Virus record (IMG/VR): IMGVR_UViG_3300024054_000269
Location: 64,001-128,000 of that record
Length of the DNA: 64,000 nt
Strand: one strand, 5' to 3'
DNA from: a virus
The position numbers were made by a program, and so were the translations under genes. Below, piece after piece: positions 9,733 to 20,560 of this stretch (position 1 is its first letter; the number at the start of each line of letters is the position of its first letter). Under the pieces are notes generated by a model. It was not told the origin of the DNA and made no database searches. It was given only the letters and a program-made list of their open reading frames with translations.

Positions 9733-12171
9733 ATGGCTGCACGTTGGGATAGCATCACAATCGATTTTGATCTTCTTGGCGATTTAAAACCGCCAATTGA
9801 AGCTGTCTTAAAAGTATTGCAAGCAATAGAAGCAATACTAGAATCGTTGCTTGATTTGTTGAAAATTTTTGCCCTTGATTTGTTAAATCCTTTGCGAGCA
9901 ATAATGGCTCTGTTACTTGCTGCTATACGGGCTATTATAAATCAACTTCGTGCTACCGGATTTAGTTTTCTTTTAGTTCATCCTGACTTTAATCAGACAG
10001 AATTAGACGGAATTTTAAATTCTGTATCGGGTGCTTACCCGGCGTTTGAATCAAAGGTTATTGGAAAGTTCTTCGATACTGGTGATTTATTTAGGCCGAC
10101 TTACCCACCTGGTTCTTCAGCTGCTATGATCGTGTTCTACATAGGGGCTGACTCACCGGGTGATTTACTTAGTGTAATTAGAGCATTGTTGAGATTATTT
10201 AGTTCACCAGTTCCGATCTCAATGCCACCAGCTCCGGTCGGGTTAAAAATCGGCCCAATAACAAAAGGTGGTAACTCTATAGCTCAATTCAGAAGATTAT
10301 TTGATTCTGATTTAGACAAAGCTTTATCAATTGAATGGAAACTTCCAGTTCCAAAAGCTGGTGGCGGTGCCGCTGGTGTTATTAATCAATTTTCATCGTT
10401 CATTCAATCTTTTGCGGTTCCGAATTTTATTATTGAGAGAAGTACAACTCCAGGTGGGAAAACAATAATTAAAAATATTGATACGATGACACAGGGGGTA
10501 GCCCTTAAGCCTAGATTAACAAGCTTAACTGGATTAACTGTAAACAACAAAGTCTCTGTTAGAGAAAAAATTCCAGGAGCAAAACCTGGTTCTGGCCCAG
10601 TATACAAACATTTCGAAAAAAGAATTGATGTCCCGTCTGAAGATTTGGTGCGCGGTGCTTTGACGGGGACATACAAATATATAGATAATGACGATGATTT
10701 AATTTCCGGTGCCACGTGGTATTACAGAATACGTGCATATTTTGGTGATGCAACTGCGTACCTTTCTGATTTTGTCACTGATTTTGCGTCTAACGGCACA
10801 AATAACATAATAAAACAAAATAGTGATTTCTATGAAATCACATTCGGTGATATTGATATTAGTCCACCAAGTGCTGTTGTTCAGGCCGTTGTTCCAGACG
10901 TATCAGCCGCCATGTCTGGGTTCAATGCATATGAAGATGTATACGACGCCGTAAAGGCTGCCATTCTCTTGAATTTTGAAATGCCACAACCTACTAGAAC
11001 GTCACCTGACTATGCAAGACAACCGAATGGCAGAGAAACGTATACAAGATATGATCAAAGATCAGGTTGGGGCACATTAGCTGCAATTGGTGGTCAGGTT
11101 GGTGCTCTAAAGGCTGCCTACTCAAAAGCAAGTCAACTTCGTAGAAACATAATTTTCAAACAAATTGCAAGAAGAATTACAAATATGGCTTTGGTTGACA
11201 TATATTCAAAACCTCAAATCAGAAATTTGTTGGCTGAAAAATGGAACGGCCCAATTGCTGGTGAAGTTGAAGAATTTTCAGCTGAAAAACTTAATTCACA
11301 ACCAGATTCTGTATACTCAATAGTTCATAAAGTTTTGTCAACAAGTATTGATTGGACGTTCATAGGAATAGTCGGTGGTAGTATAACTGAGGAAGTTGAA
11401 GAACAAATAGATGAATATTTATCTAGAGAAGATTCATATAACACGATAAAGGGAAAATCGAAAGCTGGGCCGCTCGACACATCAGTTGGTCCTTCAGCCG
11501 ATCCAAATGATCAAATAAAGTTAGCTCAATCTGATGTTGACGCTGAAACTCCGGCTGAAGTTCAGACATTAGAAACTGGGTCTGATCCAACACCTAAATC
11601 TAAATACAGTGGACCTTTGCCACTAGACGAAATAACAATTGAAGAGAGATTGGCTCTTGCTGAATTTCTTAGAATTGCTTTGATACCACTTAATGGAACA
11701 TCCGGTTATTTGGCTTGGTATGGGGTTACTCTTGGTGATATTTTCCCAAATTTAATGCCGTTTTTGTTTGATTTTGAGCAATTCATAAAGTCTTTGCTAA
11801 GAGCATTGGAAAGTGCTATCAAAGAACTTCAAGCAATAATAGAGGCAATACTCCAAAAAATTAGAATGTTGGAACAAATATTGAGATCATTGTTACAGTT
11901 AATAGATATTCTGTCAATTAGTGTAAGAGTTTCAGTTCTTACATTTTCTGACACAAATTCTTCAGCAACTGATTTGGCTAATCAAATACTTACATCAGCT
12001 GATAAGCCCTCAAATTCTCCATTTGGGCTTCATTCTGGCCTTGTTCTTACAGCCGGCGGGCCTGGGAAAGGATTCATAAAGGCTCTTGAAGCTATTAAAT
12101 TCGTTTTATCGTTACCTGTTCAGGGTGCTGATTCAACTAGTGAAGAGCTAGAATCAGCTCTTAGTACGTGA
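9733..12171 (+). CDS. Virion-module protein with N- and C-terminal amphipathic helical regions and a central FnIII/Ig-like segment (812 aa)
   Basis: Leu/Ile-rich helices at both ends; central LSIEWKLP...FIIERS...YKYID...WYYRIRAY pattern. Confidence 0.6.
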   Translation: MAARWDSITIDFDLLGDLKPPIEAVLKVLQAIEAILESLLDLLKIFALDLLNPLRAIMALLLAAIRAIINQLRATGFSFLLVHPDFNQTELDGILNSVSGAYPAFESKVIGKFFDTGDLFRPTYPPGSSAAMIVFYIGADSPGDLLSVIRALLRLFSSPVPISMPPAPVGLKIGPITKGGNSIAQFRRLFDSDLDKALSIEWKLPVPKAGGGAAGVINQFSSFIQSFAVPNFIIERSTTPGGKTIIKNIDTMTQGVALKPRLTSLTGLTVNNKVSVREKIPGAKPGSGPVYKHFEKRIDVPSEDLVRGALTGTYKYIDNDDDLISGATWYYRIRAYFGDATAYLSDFVTDFASNGTNNIIKQNSDFYEITFGDIDISPPSAVVQAVVPDVSAAMSGFNAYEDVYDAVKAAILLNFEMPQPTRTSPDYARQPNGRETYTRYDQRSGWGTLAAIGGQVGALKAAYSKASQLRRNIIFKQIARRITNMALVDIYSKPQIRNLLAEKWNGPIAGEVEEFSAEKLNSQPDSVYSIVHKVLSTSIDWTFIGIVGGSITEEVEEQIDEYLSREDSYNTIKGKSKAGPLDTSVGPSADPNDQIKLAQSDVDAETPAEVQTLETGSDPTPKSKYSGPLPLDEITIEERLALAEFLRIALIPLNGTSGYLAWYGVTLGDIFPNLMPFLFDFEQFIKSLLRALESAIKELQAIIEAILQKIRMLEQILRSLLQLIDILSISVRVSVLTFSDTNSSATDLANQILTSADKPSNSPFGLHSGLVLTAGGPGKGFIKALEAIKFVLSLPVQGADSTSEELESALST

Positions 12172-12197
12172 TGTTTTATGGCCAGTTAAGGTAAAGA

Positions 12198-12923
12198 ATG
12201 TTTAATTTTACTGGAACATTTACTGTATCTCAATTTGAGGCTCTTAAAGTATTTGCTGAGACGCAAAAGGTTGATTTATTAGCTAGAAGGCAGTGGCTTG
12301 TAACACAGTTAAACAAACTTGGAACTTATGGCACTACGTATGACAAAACAACAGGTGAACCAATTAAATTTGTTGCTACACCGAGATCGTATGCAGAAAA
12401 ATTGTTAGAGGCTTATAGAATCCTTGGCGGTATACCCGAAAAAGACATGATGTTGAGAGATAGGAGTGATCCAGTATTCCTTCAAGAAGGTTCACCGATA
12501 AAAGAGACTGAAACTGATACTATTGGTGGTTTTTCTGATACATATAGTAACAACCGTCGTTATCGCGGTGGAATGCGATTTGACAGAGATATTGGTATGA
12601 TTGTTACAAAATTTAAGAAATGGCAATTTGACATCATAAAAAGGAAGAGGGAACATCTTGAATATAAAATGAAACGAGTTCTTGATGCATCTGATCAGAT
12701 TGCAAATGAAATTGCCGAAATTGATGTCTTACTCGGTGATGGAAGAAATTCATTTGATGCTTTAATTCAAAGAATTGAAGCCGCGATATCAGATCCGAGC
12801 AATATAAACGTGACTGATGGTGATGCTTTTGGTTTAGCCATTGGGAAACCTGCTGATTTGGCATACGAAAATCAGACATTTGAACAGCTTAGTGAACATC
12901 AGAGAGGCGGATCAAAGGCATAA
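12198..12923 (+). CDS. Hypothetical virion-module protein, helical/coiled-coil (241 aa)
   Basis: Clean ORF in the operon; no family recognised. Confidence 0.6.
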   Translation: MFNFTGTFTVSQFEALKVFAETQKVDLLARRQWLVTQLNKLGTYGTTYDKTTGEPIKFVATPRSYAEKLLEAYRILGGIPEKDMMLRDRSDPVFLQEGSPIKETETDTIGGFSDTYSNNRRYRGGMRFDRDIGMIVTKFKKWQFDIIKRKREHLEYKMKRVLDASDQIANEIAEIDVLLGDGRNSFDALIQRIEAAISDPSNINVTDGDAFGLAIGKPADLAYENQTFEQLSEHQRGGSKA

Positions 12924-12931
12924 GGTAAAAC

Positions 12932-14107
12932 ATGTCGTATGACTTTAGTACAAGAACGATCTGTACCCATGAGGTATTTTTCGAAACGTTGACTTTAGAA
13001 AGTTCGAATCAGACTTCTAAATTTCTTAAACCACCATCAAGCTCAAGAGTTTCGGTATTCATTGATAATGTTGAAGTACCACGCAGTGGATTAGTGTCAA
13101 CACCAGAAATTTCATTCACTAAACCGGAACCATATACGATTAGAAAAAATCAAAATGATTTAATTTATATAAAAATTGGTAATGAGTTGCCAAAATTCAT
13201 TACTGTAGAATCAGGATCTAACATACGAGCCGTTGACATAGTAAGAGACTTAAAAAACAAATTGCCTGAATTAGATGTTGATGTTTTAAATGCTAGAGTT
13301 AGAATAAAAAATAAAGTTCCGTTTATTGGAACGGCTTTTTCTTTTCCAGACCCAAGGTGGACTGATAAAACCGCTGTATTAACTACGACTGCAAGAACAC
13401 TTGCTTTTTATAATGAAGTTGGTTTAATACCAGGTAGGTCGGTTGTCGGGAAAACCATACTTCCAGGGTGGGATGTTGTAAAAGATCCAAACGTGCTTTT
13501 TAGTGATGAAAAACTTATAGTTTTTAAAGAACCAATCAGAAATCAAGATTCTTATATACAAGTTCATTATGTCACGTCGGCTGCTAATTGTCGTAGGTGT
13601 GGTGGCATAAGAATAGAATTTGATTATAGTATTTTAAACACAACGTATGAAACTGTTACAGATACTGATCTTTTATCACAAGAACTTGACAAATTTTTAT
13701 TTACTAGAATTGGTAGCCATTTTAAATGGAATTGGCTTGGCTCTGGTTTGGTTAACAGAGTTGGTTCAAAAAGCAATGCTGGCGGGGTTGCAACAAACGC
13801 TGTATTAACTTCAGATATTGCACAAGCTTTTAACACATACAGAGACATCAAATCTCAACAAGATAGTAGATTTCCATTCCAACAAGTTTCTGACGCTGAA
13901 TTTCCATATTCACTTAATAACATAAATGTTGACATACCAGATGAAGACCCAACGATTGCAATAATTTCAGTTGAAATATCAAGTAGGAGTTTAGTACCAG
14001 TTCCATTGAAACGAATTATTGGTAACCCAAACCCATTCACATTAGCTCAAGACCCACAAGCTTATTTAAGACTAACCCAGAATACTGATTTTATGGTACG
14101 TGCTTAA
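12932..14107 (+). CDS. gp25/gpW-like baseplate wedge subunit with N-terminal extension (391 aa)
   Basis: C-terminal region (DLLSQELDKFLFTRIGSH...W-x-GS...SLNNINV...IAIISVEI) resembles the gp25 fold. It directly precedes baseplate J. A CTH...CRRC possible Zn site is present. Confidence 0.7.
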   Translation: MSYDFSTRTICTHEVFFETLTLESSNQTSKFLKPPSSSRVSVFIDNVEVPRSGLVSTPEISFTKPEPYTIRKNQNDLIYIKIGNELPKFITVESGSNIRAVDIVRDLKNKLPELDVDVLNARVRIKNKVPFIGTAFSFPDPRWTDKTAVLTTTARTLAFYNEVGLIPGRSVVGKTILPGWDVVKDPNVLFSDEKLIVFKEPIRNQDSYIQVHYVTSAANCRRCGGIRIEFDYSILNTTYETVTDTDLLSQELDKFLFTRIGSHFKWNWLGSGLVNRVGSKSNAGGVATNAVLTSDIAQAFNTYRDIKSQQDSRFPFQQVSDAEFPYSLNNINVDIPDEDPTIAIISVEISSRSLVPVPLKRIIGNPNPFTLAQDPQAYLRLTQNTDFMVRA

Positions 14108-14125
14108 TAAAGTAGCGTGGGGTAG

Positions 14126-17100
14126 ATGGCGAACGCACCCCTGTTTACTCTTCCTGACGGTTCTGGCCAAGAACAAAACTTGACCATAACTACAAATCTG
14201 TTTTCTATGTTTTTGAATGGAACAGTAGATTCAAGCACAATTGATATTCAAATAAACGTTAACGAAGCAGGTTTTGTGTCAGATCCAAGTTTGGTTGATT
14301 TATCGGTTCCAGATTTCACAATTCCGAATCCAAACAGCTTTCCAGATGGTTTGTCGTTAGAAAAAGGTTACAACATAGTTAAAATAAGAGCCATAGACAT
14401 AAGTGGAAGTGTTAGCGCTGTATCAACTGTAACAATAAATGTTGTGTCAACCAATGATTTAACAACTATTCCAACAACACCGAATGGTGTGTCAATCCAG
14501 AGACAGGCCGATTCTGTTGATATTAAATGGTCGTCTCCGATTGAAATAAACTCTATGACTTTTAACACCAGCGATGATTCACCAATAAGTGGTTATAATG
14601 TTTATGCTTCAACTGGTTCTGGCGGCACTTTGTCTGGATATTTAAGGTTAAATAAAGATATAATACCGTCTAGTAATCCAATTGAAACAACTCTTGAAGA
14701 ATTAAGCACAACTGAATATGAATTTGATATAAATGACAATGATTCAAATACTATAAGAGTTGTGGCCGATCTTATAAATCCAGCCACAAACGCGATAATC
14801 AGGAGAGTCAGTACTAACACATTTTCATTGTTGAATTCACCACAAAATAGATATAAGACGTCTGTTTCTGAACTTTCAGAAACAAAAACTTATTCATTCA
14901 AACACGATCGAAGAGATGGTACATCCAAAGGAATACTGAACGCTGATGTGTGGCAAGCAGTTAATAATGACTCTCCAATATATTATGTAATAACATCAGT
15001 TGTGTTTGATAAAACTAAAGGTCTTTATACGGAAAGCAAATTCAGTCAAGAATTAGTTGGGACACCGTTACCAATTGACAGATTTATACGCGGCATAAGA
15101 ATACGTGATCAGAGACAAATAACACAAGATTATATAACAGAGATTTCGAGAGTTCAGCCAACTTTATCTCTAATACCTGGATCAACAATTCGTGAAGTAC
15201 ACATAGAACCATTTTCGAACGAATCGCAAAAAATTTATTTTTTGCTTGATTTTGTGCATAGATCAAAGTCTTTTGCAGCTTTGCTTTCTATCGATGATCC
15301 TGGAAGAACAAATTCTAGCATACCTGTAGCCAATTCTCCGTACAAACAAGCTCTTAGGACAGCTCTTGCAATAGAAGACGATGCCACCGTGCAAGCGTTA
15401 ATTAACGGTGCGTTTGAATCATTAGCCGGAAATTTTGGCATAGAACGAGCCGGAAGACGTCCAGCTGTTGTTACACAAATTTTTTATACAACTAGCAGGC
15501 CAACTAAAGACCTTTTTGTGCAACAAGGAGCTATTGTATCTTCATCTGTTGATTCATCGGCACCGAGATTCAGAGCCAACGGTTCTGTTATGATAGAAGT
15601 TGATAATGTTGATTCATTTTACAACGCAAACAGAGGAAGATACGAAGTTAAAATCCAAATGGTTGCAGAAACCCCAGGATCAATAGGAAATGTTCCTGCC
15701 AAGACGTTAGATACAGTTTCGTCTGGGGCTGATGGTTTGCTTACAATAAATGAGATAGCCGCCGATTTTGGTAGAGACGAAGCTAGCAATCTAGAACTAG
15801 CAGAAGAAGCTAGCAGAAAGCTTGTGTCACTTGATACTGGGACTGAAGGCGGCTATAGAAACATAGCCATATCAACGCCTGGTGTTCTTGAAGTTAGAAT
15901 TATTAAATCTGGTGACACGGCTATGATGAGGGATTGGGACCCGATCAGAAAAAAACATGTTGGAGGGAAAGTAGACATATTTGTAAAAGGAACAATTGAA
16001 AGAACCGTATCGGAAACCTTTGCATTTCAATTTAATATCGCAAATAATGTTAGATTTGATGTTATAGACGCAACAAATTTAATATTCAGGGCGCGTGATT
16101 CTAGGTTATCAGAAGATAACCCAATAGCAGAGATGTTGTTTAATCCATCTCAGAATCTTGGACTCAGAAATCAATCAATATCGCCTGTTGTTTCTTATGA
16201 TCTAACTGGGGTTAGCATCATTGACTATAAAACAATTCAGTTAAGTACAGCAATACCACAACCTTCAACGTCAACAGATGATTTTATTGAAGGTGATTAC
16301 AGATTTAGGAGCAATACTAAATTTATTCCAAATCTTCAACCAATCGAAAGAGTTGTATCAGTAGTAGGAGAAGTTTCTGGTTCATTAGATCAAGATGACG
16401 GATTCAAAGTTTATAGAACTGAAGACCCGTTACTAAACGGATTTAGTACAGCTGCGTCAGACAGTATAGAAATAATCCAAGTTGACGACATTCCAACTGG
16501 CGAATCAATCGTTATAAACGATGAACAACACATATTGATTGGACAAATAGAAGAACCACTAAACTCAGTTGGTATAAATACATTCACAATTGCGGTGTTT
16601 AATGAAGACAGAAGCCGGCAATTCCTTGGGCCAGACAATCCGAATCCTGATTATTTGATAATTGGTGGTTCACAGACTGAACCAGTAAAGATAGTAAGAA
16701 CAGCAACTTCTGGCATAGCAAATGGTGAAACTGTATCGATTGATTATGAACATGATGAGAACTTCACAGTTACATATGTTATAAATGATGTTTTGCAAAG
16801 AGTTCAAAGTCAAATAAATATATCAAAACATATAACTGCTGATGTTATTGTTAAAAAAGCAGTTGAAAATCCGATGTCAATTGAGGGAACAGTACAACTT
16901 TTACCGAACGCTGACAAAGCAAGAGTTGACATAGACGTACGAACCGCTTATACAATATTAACCGATTCTAAGGGTGTCGGTGGTGACATACATATTTCTG
17001 ATGTTGTAGCAGTAATAGATGACACAAAAGGTGTTGATTTTATAGTTCAGCCATTTGCTAAGATGACATTGCAAAATGGTGCGTTAAGAATACGAGAAGA

Positions 17101-17587
17101 AATTGCAAATGATGTTGATGAGATTCTGTCTCTTAGTAAATTTGCTAATAAAGTTTGGGTTTTGACACAACCATTACCATTTAATACAATTGATAAAGGA
17201 GGTGACGAATTCATACACCACGGCGTGTTTAAAGATGGTTTAATAATGTCCGAAGCTCGTTCTTTACAGGATCTTGGTGAAGGTGAAAATCGAGCGTTTA
17301 TAGTTGGTAAAGATGGTGCTATCATTGATGGTTATTCTGATGATTCAACTTTGACATCTGCTGGGTTTAACGATGTTGATGAAATAGAAGCTGAGAGATT
17401 AAGAAGAACAGCAAACCATGTGTTTATCTCATTGAATGTCGGAATTGATCCGCCAGATGACCCGTCTTACCATTCATTTTCTGCAACTTATGTCGTTGAA
17501 AATGATGTCGGTCAGAAAGACATCGAAATTTCTGAGATCGAATTCCTGACCAGTGGCGATTTGACACTCGTGTATAGAGAAGCATAA
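14126..17587 (+). CDS. Baseplate J / gp6-like wedge protein with N-terminal Ig/FnIII-like extension (1153 aa)
   Basis: NFGIERAG, AETPGSIGNVPA, DEASNLELAEE...TGTEGGY and GGKVDIFVKG motifs are typical of baseplate-J-like proteins. It follows a gp25-like gene. Confidence 0.85.
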   Translation: MANAPLFTLPDGSGQEQNLTITTNLFSMFLNGTVDSSTIDIQINVNEAGFVSDPSLVDLSVPDFTIPNPNSFPDGLSLEKGYNIVKIRAIDISGSVSAVSTVTINVVSTNDLTTIPTTPNGVSIQRQADSVDIKWSSPIEINSMTFNTSDDSPISGYNVYASTGSGGTLSGYLRLNKDIIPSSNPIETTLEELSTTEYEFDINDNDSNTIRVVADLINPATNAIIRRVSTNTFSLLNSPQNRYKTSVSELSETKTYSFKHDRRDGTSKGILNADVWQAVNNDSPIYYVITSVVFDKTKGLYTESKFSQELVGTPLPIDRFIRGIRIRDQRQITQDYITEISRVQPTLSLIPGSTIREVHIEPFSNESQKIYFLLDFVHRSKSFAALLSIDDPGRTNSSIPVANSPYKQALRTALAIEDDATVQALINGAFESLAGNFGIERAGRRPAVVTQIFYTTSRPTKDLFVQQGAIVSSSVDSSAPRFRANGSVMIEVDNVDSFYNANRGRYEVKIQMVAETPGSIGNVPAKTLDTVSSGADGLLTINEIAADFGRDEASNLELAEEASRKLVSLDTGTEGGYRNIAISTPGVLEVRIIKSGDTAMMRDWDPIRKKHVGGKVDIFVKGTIERTVSETFAFQFNIANNVRFDVIDATNLIFRARDSRLSEDNPIAEMLFNPSQNLGLRNQSISPVVSYDLTGVSIIDYKTIQLSTAIPQPSTSTDDFIEGDYRFRSNTKFIPNLQPIERVVSVVGEVSGSLDQDDGFKVYRTEDPLLNGFSTAASDSIEIIQVDDIPTGESIVINDEQHILIGQIEEPLNSVGINTFTIAVFNEDRSRQFLGPDNPNPDYLIIGGSQTEPVKIVRTATSGIANGETVSIDYEHDENFTVTYVINDVLQRVQSQINISKHITADVIVKKAVENPMSIEGTVQLLPNADKARVDIDVRTAYTILTDSKGVGGDIHISDVVAVIDDTKGVDFIVQPFAKMTLQNGALRIREEIANDVDEILSLSKFANKVWVLTQPLPFNTIDKGGDEFIHHGVFKDGLIMSEARSLQDLGEGENRAFIVGKDGAIIDGYSDDSTLTSAGFNDVDEIEAERLRRTANHVFISLNVGIDPPDDPSYHSFSATYVVENDVGQKDIEISEIEFLTSGDLTLVYREA

Positions 17588-18414
17588 TGGCTATAACTAA
17601 AAAAGTTAACTTTTCAGATTATAACACTGGTGAACAGTATTTAAATCAACTTAATGACGCAGCGAATCGAAATTTGCAAATTTTCATGAGATTATTATCA
17701 AGTTATTTTTTATCAAGAATTGACGGACCAAATTATGTAAGACATCTTAAATCAATGGCTATTGAAGTTTCAAGAGTCAGGCTAGCCTTAGAAGAAATAA
17801 GAACTGACGCTTATTACACATCAACTCGCGGTGAATTTCTATATCAAATTTTAGTATCAATTCTATTCCCAGATGAAGTTCCTGATCCAAAGCTTGGTGA
17901 TATAGATTTTAAAGATTTTTTAAATGAAATAGTAGATATTTATTTTCAAGGCAGCATACCACCATCAATAAAACGAGTTGTTGAGTTGCTTACTAAAAAT
18001 GCAAACATTGTTATCAGTGAAAATTTTGAATTAGCTAAAAAACCGGGGGCAAAACTCGATATCTCAGATCAATTTGGATTTAATATAGATATTATTTTAA
18101 ATGGTTCTATTGATTTTGATTTGTTCTTAGCTGACAAGAACATAAGAATATTATTAAATATAATAAGACCAGCACATACTTTATACAGACTTAGGTACAT
18201 AATGGGCGATGAATATTTTGGTAATCAACTTGATCCTAACACTGGCGAAATAGACACAAGGTTAAAAAAAGTTACGGACAGTTTAAGGTCGTCTTTAGAC
18301 TCGTATTCTTATGAAGATTTCAGGAAATTTGTTGAGGGTGTTGAAGGAATAGATACTTTAGGAACAAAGAAATCAAAATCAATTATTTTAGAATCACATT
18401 CGGCAGATTTTTAA
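17587..18414 (+). CDS. Baseplate wedge protein, P2 gpI / gp7-like (275 aa)
   Basis: FQGSIPPSIKRVVELLT and LLNIIRPAHTLY motifs. Coupled (TAATG) immediately after baseplate J. Confidence 0.7.
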   Translation: MAITKKVNFSDYNTGEQYLNQLNDAANRNLQIFMRLLSSYFLSRIDGPNYVRHLKSMAIEVSRVRLALEEIRTDAYYTSTRGEFLYQILVSILFPDEVPDPKLGDIDFKDFLNEIVDIYFQGSIPPSIKRVVELLTKNANIVISENFELAKKPGAKLDISDQFGFNIDIILNGSIDFDLFLADKNIRILLNIIRPAHTLYRLRYIMGDEYFGNQLDPNTGEIDTRLKKVTDSLRSSLDSYSYEDFRKFVEGVEGIDTLGTKKSKSIILESHSADF

Positions 18415-18468
18415 ATTGAAATAATTCTGGAGTCCTAATTGACCTGCAAAGGTGAGGTCGATTACGAC

Positions 18469-20547
18469 ATGTCTGTAGAAGCTCTAATAAAATTTACTCA
18501 GGGGTTTACGACGGACGTAGCTGGCAGAGCAGTTGCTGGGTCTATTAGTATACCAGTTGACATAACAAATGGTGATGATACTGGCGTAGATTTTTGGGAA
18601 TTTACCCTTTTAGACGTTCCGCCAGGAAGCATAACATCGACTGGGGTTAAGAGTTCTGGGGCATCGCCAACTGTTTCGTTTACACCAGATGCAACTGGTT
18701 GCTACAGATGGAAATTAACTGTCAGAAATTCAACGACAGGTGAAACTGATACTGATATAAGAAATTTTGGAGCACCTAATAATCGAGGATGGATAATACC
18801 ATCATATCAGAAGAATCCAGACCCGATAGATATTAGCATAAAACCTGACGAATTAAATTTTACTAATCAATTAAGAGGTTGGGCTGGTAATGGAGTTGAA
18901 GGTCTTTTAGTATACATATTAAATGATATTTTTTCCAATGGATTTGCTGGTGGTATAGGGACTGGATATTTAACAGTTCAAAATGAAGGTATAGCATTAA
19001 TACAACAAAATACTCTCAATTTTGTTGGTCCTGGCGTAAATGCATCAGATGATACAATCAGAACAAAAATTGAAGTTTATGAAGCAAGTGCTGTTCAATC
19101 TGGAACTATAAATTTAACGCAAGATTTAGCTGGAACTGCCACATTACCACAAGTTGTTGGATTACGAACTGTTGATCTTCACTCATCTGTTAGTATACCG
19201 AACAATAATGATGTATTGGTTTATGATTCTGGTCTTTTAGCGTATAAAGCAGCTGTACAACCAGGTGGTGATGCAGTTTCGTTAAGAAGCATAAATTTAG
19301 ACGCCGTTACGGTCGGTTCACCAACAACTAATAATATAATAACATTTGATGGAACTGATTATGTTGCTGGACCGTTGAATTTATCTGGCGGAACAGCCGC
19401 AGTGTCAGGGACTTTGCCAGTCATTCGTGGTGGAACTGGATTGGGCGCTCTAGGGTCCGCCAATGAAATATTAAAGGTAAACGCCTTAGGTACAAATCTT
19501 GAATATGGGTTTTTGGCAAATGCTAATGTATCTGCAGTTGCAGCCATAGATACAAGTAAACTTGCCCTAGCTCCAACAAACCCGGGGGATGACACAAAGG
19601 TTGCTTATGCTTCCGGTGGCGACATTTTGTATGCTAGCGGCATAACAACAGATGGAACAAATTTAACTGTAAGCGGCAAGTTAACAGTTGGTGGTTTAAT
19701 AGATCCAACCGGTTTAGTACTTGACCCGCAAGCTGCTTCACCAGGAACAGGAACGTTGTGGGTAAAAACCACAGTACCAACAACAATTGTTTTTACAAAT
19801 AGCGTCGGTACTGACACAACTTTAGGTGCGGGCGGTGGTGGACTTACACCACCAACAAATCCAGGAGATGATAACGCAATTCCGTTCGCATTAAGCGGAG
19901 ACTTGTCTTATTCAACAACTTGGCATTTGTACGGAACCCAAATGGATGTTTGGGACGATGGTTCTGAAATTTATTGTTCTGGCGGTGAATTTACGGTTCG
20001 TGCTGATACTTGGATGTACGTAAGCGGTGGTGTTGGAGAGGGTGTTATATTACAAACTAGTAACGGAACTATTGATTTGGCTAAATTCACAAATACTGAG
20101 ACCAAATTTTATAAACCAGACATCAATTTTGATACAACCGCTGGTACAATGTTCATAGATTTCGATCCGTTGACAGCTCCTACAGGTGCTCCACAATTTG
20201 GTATACCAAATTCAATTTATATGCAAGCACAGCATGCTGGCGCTGGTGGTGGTGCCGGTGGTGAAATTGTGTTCACTGCAGGTAATGGTAACGGAGGACA
20301 AGGCGGATTTTGTCAGTTAAAAGCATCGAGCACGGGAACAACCCCTGGGTTCGTACGTCTGTCTGTTGGTGCAACTAATGTTTTTGAAGTTGGTGGGTCA
20401 GCTGGAGCAAACTCAATTGGTTTTTATGGAACCACTCCCGTAACTAAACCAACTGTGTCTGGATCACGCAGTGGTAACGCTGCACTTGCTAGTTTGCTGA
20501 CGGCCCTGTCCGGACAGGGTTTACTAACAGACTCAACGACTGCATAA
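18469..20547 (+). CDS. Tail/short fibre protein (about 692 aa from ATG 18469)
   Basis: Gly/Thr-rich, with a duplicated PTNPGDD motif and QDLAGTATLPQVVGL. C-terminal IGFYGTTPVTKPTVSGSRSGNAALASLLTAL resembles fibre trimerisation ends. GAGG lies upstream of ATG 18469. Confidence 0.6.
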   Translation: MSVEALIKFTQGFTTDVAGRAVAGSISIPVDITNGDDTGVDFWEFTLLDVPPGSITSTGVKSSGASPTVSFTPDATGCYRWKLTVRNSTTGETDTDIRNFGAPNNRGWIIPSYQKNPDPIDISIKPDELNFTNQLRGWAGNGVEGLLVYILNDIFSNGFAGGIGTGYLTVQNEGIALIQQNTLNFVGPGVNASDDTIRTKIEVYEASAVQSGTINLTQDLAGTATLPQVVGLRTVDLHSSVSIPNNNDVLVYDSGLLAYKAAVQPGGDAVSLRSINLDAVTVGSPTTNNIITFDGTDYVAGPLNLSGGTAAVSGTLPVIRGGTGLGALGSANEILKVNALGTNLEYGFLANANVSAVAAIDTSKLALAPTNPGDDTKVAYASGGDILYASGITTDGTNLTVSGKLTVGGLIDPTGLVLDPQAASPGTGTLWVKTTVPTTIVFTNSVGTDTTLGAGGGGLTPPTNPGDDNAIPFALSGDLSYSTTWHLYGTQMDVWDDGSEIYCSGGEFTVRADTWMYVSGGVGEGVILQTSNGTIDLAKFTNTETKFYKPDINFDTTAGTMFIDFDPLTAPTGAPQFGIPNSIYMQAQHAGAGGGAGGEIVFTAGNGNGGQGGFCQLKASSTGTTPGFVRLSVGATNVFEVGGSAGANSIGFYGTTPVTKPTVSGSRSGNAALASLLTALSGQGLLTDSTTA

Positions 20548-20560
20548 CGTAGAGTATGCT

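Noticed and set aside
1520-18414. Bacterial T6SS or extracellular contractile injection system instead of a phage
   Set aside because: It is contiguous with phage-type replication genes and small coupled ORFs, with no TssJLM/ClpV or Afp-type ATPase visible.
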